Below, one piece after another: positions 20,340 to 28,309 of a stretch of 64,000 nt of DNA (its first letter is position 1; each line of letters opens with the position of its first letter). The notes beneath the pieces were generated by a model that ran no database searches, had not been told where the DNA came from, and saw only the letters and a list, made by a program, of their open reading frames with translations. Both the position numbers and the translations under genes were made by a program. Origin of the DNA: Candidatus Poribacteria bacterium (GTDB lineage Bacteria; Poribacteria; WGA-4E; WGA-3G); assembly GCA_026710795.1 (NCBI GenBank), contig JAPOQK010000080.1, positions 465-64,464 on the forward strand, written 5' to 3'.

Positions 20340-21818
20340 ATGGACCCAATTAAGGAATATCTGCAACTTGAAACACGCCGTCAATTCTTCGGAAAATGTG
20401 CGATGGGTCTCGGAGGAGTAGCCCTCGCTTCATTGCTTCCGAATAGTATTGTAAATGCCCTTGAACAGCAAGCAGGTACACGGGTTGGCGGTTTGTCCGA
20501 ACTACCACACTTTGCACCAAAAGCGAAACGTGCTATTTACCTATTCATGTCCGGTGCGCCATCGCAAATGGACATGTATGATTATAAACCGAAAATGGGT
20601 GAATTCTTTGATAAAGATCTACCGGAAACAGTTCGGATGGGACAACGTCTTACCACCATGACCTCCGGACAGAAACGTTTCCCGATTGCACCATCTATAT
20701 TTGAGTTTAAGAAGCATGACAACGGTAGTGATGGTGCTTGGGTTAGCGAATTGCTCCCGCATACTGCTTCTATGGTAAAGGATATAGCAATCGTAAAATC
20801 GTTGCATACCGATGCGATTAACCACGACCCGGCTATTACCTTTGTCTGTACTGGCGATGAAACTCCCGGTAAACCGAGTCTCGGTGCGTGGCTTAGTTAC
20901 GGATTAGGCACAGACAACAAAAATCTTCCATCTTTTATTGTAATGAATGCCACGTGGACAGGTAGGAAGTCCGCACAAGCACTATATAACCGACTATGGG
21001 GTTCTGGTTTTCTCCCATCAGAACATCAAGGTGTCCTACTCCGAAGTCAAGGCGATCCGGTACTATTCCTCTCAAATCCGAAAGGCATGAGCGAAAAAGC
21101 ACGAAAACGGATGCTTGATTCTTTAGTCAAACTCAACGAGGAAATCTACGAAGAGGTAGGTGATCCTGAAACGCATGCACGTATTTCCCAATATGAGATG
21201 GCATTTCGTATGCAGTCCTCTGTCCCTGAACTCACTGACCTAAAACAGGAGTCAGATAAAGTCAAGGAAATGTATGGTCCAGAGGTAGACACCCCAGGCA
21301 CATTCGCGAATTGCTGTATTCTTGCGCGTCGGATGATGGAACGTGATGTTCGCCTCGTACAAATCTTCCATCGCGGATGGGATCAGCACGGAAACTTACC
21401 TAACGATATTCGAAACCAATGTCGTGACATTGACCAACCCGCAACGGCACTTGTCCAAGACTTGAAACAACGTGGTATGCTTGATGATACACTCGTTGTG
21501 TGGGGTGGTGAATTCGGACGGACTGTTTATTGCCAAGGGGCACTCAAGAAGGATAACTACGGGAGAGATCATCATCCGAAATGCTTTACGATGTGGATGG
21601 CAGGCGGCGGTGTCAAACCCGGAATCGTTCACGGTGAAACTGATGACTTCAGCTACAACGTCATCAAAGACCCCGTATCTGTCCGAGACCTTAACGCTAC
21701 GATACTTAACCAACTCGGTATTGACCACGAAAGGTTGACCTATAAGTTCCAAGGACTTGATCATCGGTTAACTGGGGTTGAGGAAAAAGCGCGGGTCGTT
21801 AACGAAATCTTGGCATAA
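20340..21818 (+). CDS. DUF1501 domain protein, copy 2 (tandem duplicate)
   Basis: 492 aa, about 90% aa and 87% nt identity to copy 1 over full length. Confidence 0.8.
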   Translation: MDPIKEYLQLETRRQFFGKCAMGLGGVALASLLPNSIVNALEQQAGTRVGGLSELPHFAPKAKRAIYLFMSGAPSQMDMYDYKPKMGEFFDKDLPETVRMGQRLTTMTSGQKRFPIAPSIFEFKKHDNGSDGAWVSELLPHTASMVKDIAIVKSLHTDAINHDPAITFVCTGDETPGKPSLGAWLSYGLGTDNKNLPSFIVMNATWTGRKSAQALYNRLWGSGFLPSEHQGVLLRSQGDPVLFLSNPKGMSEKARKRMLDSLVKLNEEIYEEVGDPETHARISQYEMAFRMQSSVPELTDLKQESDKVKEMYGPEVDTPGTFANCCILARRMMERDVRLVQIFHRGWDQHGNLPNDIRNQCRDIDQPATALVQDLKQRGMLDDTLVVWGGEFGRTVYCQGALKKDNYGRDHHPKCFTMWMAGGGVKPGIVHGETDDFSYNVIKDPVSVRDLNATILNQLGIDHERLTYKFQGLDHRLTGVEEKARVVNEILA

Positions 21819-21929
21819 TCAAAACATACAGTAAGTGTGCCATCTTCAACAGTTGAACTGCTGCATATCTATCTCTGTCTACACGCAAAACTATCGCAAC
21901 TACAGTTTTTTAAGATGTATGGAGTTGAA

Positions 21930-23090
21930 ATGCAAGTTTACCATGGTACCGAACAGACACTTGATGCAAATACATTCCTCTCAATTCTGCAAGAAGATTA
22001 TGACAGCATATTTTTGACAAATTGCATAATTGAAGGTGTAATTGTCTTCTCATCTGAAACTGATGTAGAGATTGATGGACAATTGGTAGTTGATAAGGAA
22101 ATTGTTTGCGTTCGGTGCACGTTTAAAAACGTTTTCAAATTCGAAAATACCTTATTCAAAAAAGAAGTGTTTTTCGGTAATTCAGTGTTTCAAGATACTG
22201 TTAATTTCCGTAATAGTGTGTTCCAGAAAGCCTGTGACTTCGGGGAATCCACCTTTGAAGGTTCAGTCCTTTTCCGTGGTGCAGCCTTCAACGGAATGGC
22301 ACGCTTTTCCAAAACACGTTTTCAACAGGTTGCAGATTTTAACGATTCGCAATTCTCGGAAAACGCGGTTTTCAGAAATGCAATCTTCCAAGATGCTTCA
22401 CATTTCAACCGAGCGTTTTTCAGCAAGAAATTAGATTCCGTACAAGCACGATTCTCAGATACTGTTGTCTACAATGAGGCAACGTTTAGCGAAGAAACTG
22501 ATTTCACTGCTGCACGATTTGCCGTTTCCGCGTCCTATCAAAATGTGAGTTATATATCAGACACAATATGGCAGTGGATACGGAATAAGTTTTCTCATCA
22601 GTCAATACAACCTACAGAATTCTATTTAGATAGTGAAGACATTAATGGGGTTTTGAATCCATTTTTCAAACGTTACGTAGCGGATCAACAGTACGTTCGG
22701 GCATTCAAAGAAAAACACCCATTTTGGGCATTGGTCTGGAGATGGAGTTCAGATTATGGTCGCAGTTTAGCACTTTGGGCACTCTGGTCATTGCTGATTG
22801 CTCTTTCGTTCTCATTTGTTTATATGAAAGCACCGATGTGGTTTCCAGGATGGCTTCAAAAAACAATGCCTAAGTTCCACCAAGTAACAGTCACCGAAGC
22901 AAACGGAGACCTGACATTTTGGAAATCCTTTTACTTTAGTATTGTCACCTTTACGACATTAGGATTCGGGGATGTGGTTGCAGCCAATACATCCGCTCGC
23001 ATTCTCGTCACCCTTGAAGTCATTTTCGGATATATTATGCTCGGAGGATTAATCAGTATTTTTGCCAATAAACTTGCCAGTAGAAGTTAA
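21930..23090 (+). CDS. pentapeptide-repeat protein fused to a 2-TM K+-channel-like pore domain, paralog 1
   Basis: N-terminal tandem A(D/N)FxxxxF pentapeptide repeats (NSVFQDTVNFRNSVFQKACDFGESTFEG...). C-terminal TM1 LALWALWSLLIALSFSFVY, pore helix plus filter FYFSIVTFTTLGFGDV, TM2 ARILVTLEVIFGYIMLGGLISIFA. Start chosen at MQVYHG (GGAG RBS); the track start at 21837 is probably too far upstream. Confidence 0.7.
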   Translation: MQVYHGTEQTLDANTFLSILQEDYDSIFLTNCIIEGVIVFSSETDVEIDGQLVVDKEIVCVRCTFKNVFKFENTLFKKEVFFGNSVFQDTVNFRNSVFQKACDFGESTFEGSVLFRGAAFNGMARFSKTRFQQVADFNDSQFSENAVFRNAIFQDASHFNRAFFSKKLDSVQARFSDTVVYNEATFSEETDFTAARFAVSASYQNVSYISDTIWQWIRNKFSHQSIQPTEFYLDSEDINGVLNPFFKRYVADQQYVRAFKEKHPFWALVWRWSSDYGRSLALWALWSLLIALSFSFVYMKAPMWFPGWLQKTMPKFHQVTVTEANGDLTFWKSFYFSIVTFTTLGFGDVVAANTSARILVTLEVIFGYIMLGGLISIFANKLASRS

Positions 23091-23180
23091 TATCACATCT
23101 CCGATTCGCGTTACCGCTACTCCATGATTAACAACATTTGGTAGTACCTGAACTATAGTAGGGAGAGAAAATCAAGGATT

Positions 23181-24332
23181 ATGAAAAAATTAAATGCAGC
23201 TATTGTCGGAGCAGGATGGTCAGCAGAAGGACACACAAAAGCATTCCAACATTACGGTGTAGAAGTGATCGTTATCTGTGCGCGCAAACCTGAAATCGTT
23301 GGGAGAGTCGCCACCGAATTAGGTATTCCAAATGCCTCAATTGACTGGCGAAAAAGTTTGTTGGAACATAAACCTGATATTGTTGCGGTTACAACACCTG
23401 CTATTTTACGCACAGAAGTCATTGAAGTAGCAGTTGAACTCGGATGTCATGTCATCTGTGAAAAACCGCTTGCTCTTACCGCTGAAGAAGCAGGTCATAT
23501 CTATAACCTCATCAAAGATACGGAATTGAAACACGCTTTCGCCGCAACACATTTATACGACCCGAGCGTGGCTTATGTACGTGAACTGCTGACACAGCAG
23601 AAAATCATCGGTGATATAACCGCAGTTGATGTCGGATATACCCGAAGAATACCAGGTCCTCCTTCAGATAAAATTAAGCCTTGGAATTGGATGAGTTCTC
23701 TTGCACACGGTGGTGGTGCTTTAAACAATGGACTCACACACCGACTCGGTATGCTTGAGCGGATGACCGGCATGAAAGTATCAGCAGCAGTCGGTGAGGC
23801 AAAAATCCATCCAAGGAAAGCACCGGTAGTTCCGGAAATACGCGATTGGCGTGTGTGGCGAAGCACTATGATTACTCAAGAGGAAGCATCAAAACTTGAG
23901 TGGCGTGAGTGTGATGCGGAATGGGATTATTCCGCGTTTTTCAAGTTGGGACATCCAAATCCAGATTCCAGCAATGCTATTCTTGCGACAATGCGCACAA
24001 ATCCGGGAGTGCCATCAAATAAACCCCATGGTGGCTGGTTTTTCTACGGAACACAAGGCACACTCGTCGGGAGAGGTGGACATATTCTATATCAAATTAC
24101 AAAACATGTTGGTGAGGAAACTGAAGAACTGTCAGTACCACAGGAGTTTCAAGACGACCTGCCTCAAATCGGAGATGAAATCCAAAATAAGTGGACTGCT
24201 CTCGTTCGTGATTTTCTCGCAGATATTCAAGATCGTCCACACGAACCATATTTGACTTTCCATGATGGATGGCGTTACCAAATTGCTATTGATGCTATTC
24301 GGGGAAGCGAAGGATGGGCTGCGATGCTTTAA
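23181..24332 (+). CDS. Gfo/Idh/MocA family oxidoreductase
   Basis: 383 aa; AIVGAGWSAEGH Rossmann motif and EKPLALTAEEA, typical of this family. Confidence 0.75.
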   Translation: MKKLNAAIVGAGWSAEGHTKAFQHYGVEVIVICARKPEIVGRVATELGIPNASIDWRKSLLEHKPDIVAVTTPAILRTEVIEVAVELGCHVICEKPLALTAEEAGHIYNLIKDTELKHAFAATHLYDPSVAYVRELLTQQKIIGDITAVDVGYTRRIPGPPSDKIKPWNWMSSLAHGGGALNNGLTHRLGMLERMTGMKVSAAVGEAKIHPRKAPVVPEIRDWRVWRSTMITQEEASKLEWRECDAEWDYSAFFKLGHPNPDSSNAILATMRTNPGVPSNKPHGGWFFYGTQGTLVGRGGHILYQITKHVGEETEELSVPQEFQDDLPQIGDEIQNKWTALVRDFLADIQDRPHEPYLTFHDGWRYQIAIDAIRGSEGWAAML

Positions 24333-24377
24333 TGGAGCAAGCGGTATATGCGTTTCAAATCGTAAGGAAAAATATAA

Positions 24378-25562
24378 ATGTATGAAAAGCATGATGAGAC
24401 GATTGAAGCGCGGGAACTGCTTGAGGCATTGGAAAGCGATACCTCACACATCTCACTGAATAATTGCACGATTGAAGGCGTTATTGACCTACATGCAACA
24501 GAACTTGAACGCGATGCAAATGACCGAATCTGTATTGATAAAACCCTATCCTGTATCGGGTGTACTTTCAATAACATTGTTAATTTCCGAACAGCAGTTT
24601 TCCAACAAGAAGTCTCCTTCCGCCGTTCCGTTTTTGAGGCAGATGCCGATTTTGATGAAGCCACTTTCCAACATCAAAGCGGGAATCGTGAAACGATGCT
24701 TCACAGCGGTTTTCGTGAAACAACCTTTGCGGGTCGTGCTAACTTCCATAGTGTTGTTTTCCACAGAAGCGTAAGTTTTTGGCGTGCAAAATTCCACAAC
24801 GTCGCAGACTTCCACCAAGCACAATTTCATAATAACGCTGTTTTCCATGAAGCACAATTCCAAAAGGAAGTGAACTTTAGACGTGTGCTTTTCCAACAGA
24901 CACTTGATTGTACCGGTACAAACTTCGCACAAGTCGTTGAATTTAATCGGGCAACATTTATCGGTACCACCCTTTTTACTGCAGCAAAGTTTGCATCTGT
25001 CGCCTCCTTTCGTGATGTTCAGTATATCCCAAATACAATCCGTCAATCGATTGTAAATAGGTTCACCAAAAATCGCAAAAAACCTACAGAATTCTATTTG
25101 GACAGTCAACATGTGGACGAAGTTGCTAACCCATTTTTCAAACGTTATGTAGCGGATCAGCAGTTCATTCGTGCATTCAGTAAAGCGAATCCGATGTTAG
25201 CGCGTCTATGGAGATGGAGTTCTGATTATGGACGAAATCTGGGTTTATGGGCTTTTTGGTCACTGTTTTTTGCATTTCTGTTTGCTATAACATACATGCC
25301 GTTTCCATCGTGGACACCCGAATGGATGCAAACCTTATCCCCCCAATTTCATCAAGCGACTGGTCAGTATAGTGGTGAGCAGTTAACGTTTTGGAATTCC
25401 TTCTATTTCAGCGTTGTCACATTTACTACACTCGGTTTCGGTGATGTTGTAGCAGACAACGCCACCGCACGTCTACTTGTGACGTTGGAAGTCATTTTTG
25501 GCTATCTGATGTTAGGTGGGTTGATCAGTATCTTCGCAAATAAACTTGCAAGTCGTAGTTAA
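24378..25562 (+). CDS. pentapeptide-repeat protein fused to a 2-TM K+-channel-like pore domain, paralog 2
   Basis: 394 aa; same architecture and the same FSVVTFTTLGFGDVVADN filter; C-terminal 18 aa nearly identical to paralog 1 (FANKLASRS). Confidence 0.7.
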   Translation: MYEKHDETIEARELLEALESDTSHISLNNCTIEGVIDLHATELERDANDRICIDKTLSCIGCTFNNIVNFRTAVFQQEVSFRRSVFEADADFDEATFQHQSGNRETMLHSGFRETTFAGRANFHSVVFHRSVSFWRAKFHNVADFHQAQFHNNAVFHEAQFQKEVNFRRVLFQQTLDCTGTNFAQVVEFNRATFIGTTLFTAAKFASVASFRDVQYIPNTIRQSIVNRFTKNRKKPTEFYLDSQHVDEVANPFFKRYVADQQFIRAFSKANPMLARLWRWSSDYGRNLGLWAFWSLFFAFLFAITYMPFPSWTPEWMQTLSPQFHQATGQYSGEQLTFWNSFYFSVVTFTTLGFGDVVADNATARLLVTLEVIFGYLMLGGLISIFANKLASRS

Positions 25563-25636
25563 TGAAGTGAGTGTTTAATGGTAGTAGGTAGACTCTGTGG
25601 CCCGTCCACAAGTTAAAAAATATATGAATTTTACGA

Positions 25637-26005
25637 CTACTAATACCATTTCTAATAAATAAAGTGCCATTTGCTGAGGACTACTTGTAGGAGCGACCTC
25701 CTGGTCGCGACCGGGAGGTCGCTCCTACAGAAGAAAGATTTCCAATCAATAACAATGGTTGAATCCAGTAATGGGACAATAAATATTAGAATTGGTATAA
25801 CTAAAGTGTCGTCAATTGGCTTTACCTGAATAAGTCTATTTTCGTGTTTATCCACCCAAATTATTATACAGACTCACAACTAATACCATTTCCAACATAT
25901 AATGTCCCTTTTTGTAGCACAAACTGTTAGTTTGTGTCCTACAGCATTACTATACTAATAACCGAAAATGAGACAATTATTAATAGAAATGGTATAAGTA
26001 TTGCG
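25637..26005. repeat. two tandem MITE-like units, each bounded by ~35-bp terminal inverted repeats (TAATACCATTTCTAATA...AAGTG core)
   Basis: Four copies in alternating orientation: 25639-25672(+), 25770-25810(-), 25877-25910(+), 25965-26005(-). The core ACTAATACCATTTC(T/C)AATA recurs as its reverse complement TATTAGAAATGGTATAAG. Confidence 0.6.
25687..25728. repeat. 42-bp near-perfect palindrome GTAGGAGCGACCTCCTGGTCGCGACCGGGAGGTCGCTCCTAC
   Basis: The two 21-nt arms are reverse complements with one G.T mismatch. It lies inside the first MITE-like unit and shares the GAGCGACCTCC core with the dispersed REP-like element. Confidence 0.7.
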
Positions 26006-26130
26006 AAGTATTGAGAATTCGCTGTCTATAGTTTTTCATCTAATTATTCTCTCAGTGATTGTTCATTTTTGGAAGGAAAGAAGAAGAGAAATAAAAACTG
26101 AATCAATATTGATACGGAGGTCCTTAAAAA

Positions 26131-26795
26131 TGGCTAGAAAAATTTTTGTGTCCTATAAACACTCTGATGATAGTGTTGAACCCATTAAGGACGAAACAAC
26201 AGCACGTGCTTATGTTGATGAGTTAATTGAAATCTTTGAAGATGATGAAATCTATAAAGGTGAAGGCGATGAAGATTTGAGTGAATTCAAAGATGAAACG
26301 ATTGAAACTCACCTGAAAGATAAGATATACGACAGTAGCGTAACACTTGTTCTAATTTCACCAAATATGAAGGAATTGTTGAAAAATGAATCTGACCAAT
26401 GGATTCCTTGGGAAATATCATATTCTCTAAAAGAAATAACACGAAATGAGCGTACAAGCCAAACAAATGGCATGCTTGCAATTGTTTTGCCAGATTCAAA
26501 TTCATCATATAGTTATTATCTTGAAGAAAATACATGCACTGCTTGCAATTGCCGCACCCTACATACTAATACACTGTTTCAGATACTACGAGATAATATG
26601 TTCAATGTTATGGAACCAACATTTAGTAATTGTCCAGAACATCCTCCTGAAACTGTATATAAAGGTCATTCTTCCTATATTTATTCGGTTAAATGGAGTG
26701 ATTTTATAGGTGATACAGACAAATATCTTGACATAGTGGAAGAAATAAGGGAAAATATAAATGATTACGACATTACAAAAACAGTGAAAGATTAA
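26131..26795 (+). CDS. TIR-like domain protein (DUF1863 / ThsB-like) with C-terminal Cys/His-rich extension
   Basis: Start at MARKIFVSYKHSDD (GGAGG RBS 9 nt upstream); K/R-IFxSYxHxD is the typical ThsB/DUF1863 opening. SSVTLVLISPN....WIPWEISYSL resembles, from memory, the DUF1863 core (vtiVLiG....W.yEI). C-terminal CTACNC....CPEH could bind metal. Local GC about 33-35%. The ORF-track 5' extension (TTG at 26001) overlaps an inverted repeat and is less likely. Confidence 0.5.
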
Positions 26796-26905
26796 ATTGT
26801 GGATAAGTTTACTCTCAAATTGATATTGACAAGATCACCTATTATTTTCCACAGTATAATAAACTGTATATTAATTTGTAACACATGGCTAAGGAGGACA
26901 AAGTC

Positions 26906-27313
26906 ATGAACGGTACAGAAAAAGTCGTAAAACATTTGGAGATGATACAAGCTGTAATTAACCGTTTGGGACGAAACAGTTTTCTCTTAAAAAGCTGGAG
27001 TATGACAATTCTCGTTGCAGCCATGGTCTTAATCGCAAAGGAAGATCTACAAAATCCATATACTGTTTTAGTTCTTTTTCTTCCAATTTTTGGATTTTGG
27101 ATTTTGGATGGTTACTTTCTCCAGCAAGAACGACTGTTCCGAAAAGTCTATGACGAGGTCAGAGGACAAACTGATACCGAATTCGAAATGAATCTTGGCA
27201 AGCACAAAGACAAACCAAAGTGTAGTCGATTGTCTGCTACTTTTTCCCAAACACTCGTTATATTCTACTTGATAGAAATCCTTTTCGTAATTGCAGTAGC
27301 TTATTTCTTTTAG
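26906..27313 (+). CDS. small 3-TM membrane protein (possible SLATT-like effector partner of the TIR gene)
   Basis: Perfect AAGGAGGA RBS 8 nt before ATG 26906. Predicted N-terminal amphipathic helix, TM1 WSMTILVAAMVLIA, TM2 VLVLFLPIFGFWILDGYFL, a ~55-aa loop, TM3 TLVIFYLIEILFVIAVAYFF. Same strand and 110 bp after the TIR-like gene. Confidence 0.45.
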   Translation: MNGTEKVVKHLEMIQAVINRLGRNSFLLKSWSMTILVAAMVLIAKEDLQNPYTVLVLFLPIFGFWILDGYFLQQERLFRKVYDEVRGQTDTEFEMNLGKHKDKPKCSRLSATFSQTLVIFYLIEILFVIAVAYFF

Positions 27314-27653
27314 TTAATAATGCGTACTATGAGACACGTACTTCAGTGTTGAACAGGATGATGTTTGGGTGTTAATTAGGTCCGCAATAGTTGGTTAATA
27401 AGGAAATTACCACTCTGCTGGCTCATAGATAGTACAGTTCGTTGTTTTCATTCCGTCTACATCCTCACATTCCGCATCATCCCAAATTCACCCAAAAAAT
27501 CAAAAAAACACCCACTCAATCTTATACATCCATAAAACATATTGGATATATATTGTTCCAAAATCCACAACCCCTTCCAATCCTCAACAACACGTGCTAT
27601 AATACTATTACTATGAAAAACACAACCACATACAAATCCAACATAACCGCATT

Positions 27654-27689
27654 CGTAGGTCGGATCGAGCAAAGCGACCTCCGACAAAT
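27654..27689. repeat. REP-like imperfect palindrome CGTAGGTCGGAKCGAGCRAAGCGACCTCCGAC (copy 1)
   Basis: Further copies at 27861-27895, 47186-47217, 47325-47356 (inverted) and a degenerate one at 62027-62065. All are intergenic. Confidence 0.6.
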
Positions 27690-27860
27690 AGCCAAAAACA
27701 AAAGATACAGTTTTTCAAGTTTTTTTTACACAGTAAACCGGTGAAAACAACCTATAAACCCAGTCTGGTACAACAACGAGACAACAACACAGTAAAGATA
27801 CAGTTATGTAAAAAAAGGCATAAAACTGTATCTTTTTAAAACGGAGGAAAACAACACGAT

Positions 27861-27895
27861 TCGTAGGTCGGAGCGAGCGAAGCGACCTCCGACAG
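27861..27895. repeat. REP-like palindromic element copy 2
   Basis: cgtaggtcggagcgagcgaagcgacctccgac. Confidence 0.6.
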
Positions 27896-28309
27896 GGTAT
27901 TAAACAATACAAAAACAGCAAAAAATCAAAGAATAATAAGTAATTCAAAGGTTACGGTTTTTCTTTTTTTTTACATTCAAAAAAACCGATGAAAACAACC
28001 CATAAACCCAGACAGGAACTAAAACCAGTGAAAAATACCAAAAGTTACCGTTATGTAGAAATTAGACATAAAACCGTAACCTTTTTATACGGAAAAAAAC
28101 CCAATGAAAATGCAAGACAAACAATTCACAGTCAAATATAATGTCCGAAGTCTTGTGCATGGTGTTCCATTCGTTTCTTTATGCAAAAAACTTTACACAC
28201 CAAAAATCAACCATTGACAGAATATGGAAATAGAAATATAATTAAATAGGAAATGCCATACCTAAGCATTACTCAACCACATTTCACTGTTCGTTTAAGG
28301 AATCTCTTT

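Larger units (their letters stand above)
27651..28095 (+). repeat. two tandem ~200-bp units, each with a REP-like palindrome, a conserved AAACCGRTGAAAACAACCYATAAACCCAG box and a hairpin plus T-run, inside an 800-bp CA-rich G-depleted block (27440-28250)
   Basis: Unit 1 hairpin AAAGATACAGTT...AACTGTATCTTT+TTTTT (27794-27837). Unit 2 hairpin AAAGTTACCGTT...AACCGTAACCTTT+TTTT (28041-28086). Upstream direct copies AAAGATACAGTTTTT (27701) and AAAGGTTACGGTTTTT (27948). The stem sequence differs between units while complementarity is kept. Confidence 0.6.

Noticed and set aside
22090-22434. 114-aa plus-strand ORF inside the pentapeptide-channel gene (alternative frame)
   Set aside because: It is an out-of-frame overlap with a well-supported repeat protein, and its translation is low-complexity.
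25652-25855. 67-aa minus-strand ORF across the palindrome and MITE-like region
   Set aside because: It spans inverted repeats and a 42-bp palindrome and has no RBS; the repeat structure explains the sequence better.
26001-26130. TTG-initiated 5' extension of the TIR-like ORF (MRSIENSLSIVFHLIIL...)
   Set aside because: It overlaps the terminal inverted repeat of the MITE-like unit and lacks an RBS, whereas ATG 26131 has GGAGG at optimal spacing.
27440-28250. Possibility of a CRISPR array or protein-coding ORFs (27442-27744 plus, 27457-27687 minus, 27715-27948 minus) in the repeat block
   Set aside because: The repeat units are ~200 bp with internal hairpins, not short regular direct repeats with unique spacers. 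The ORF translations are low-complexity (H/P/T/N or C/F-rich) by-products of the strand bias. No cas genes are present.
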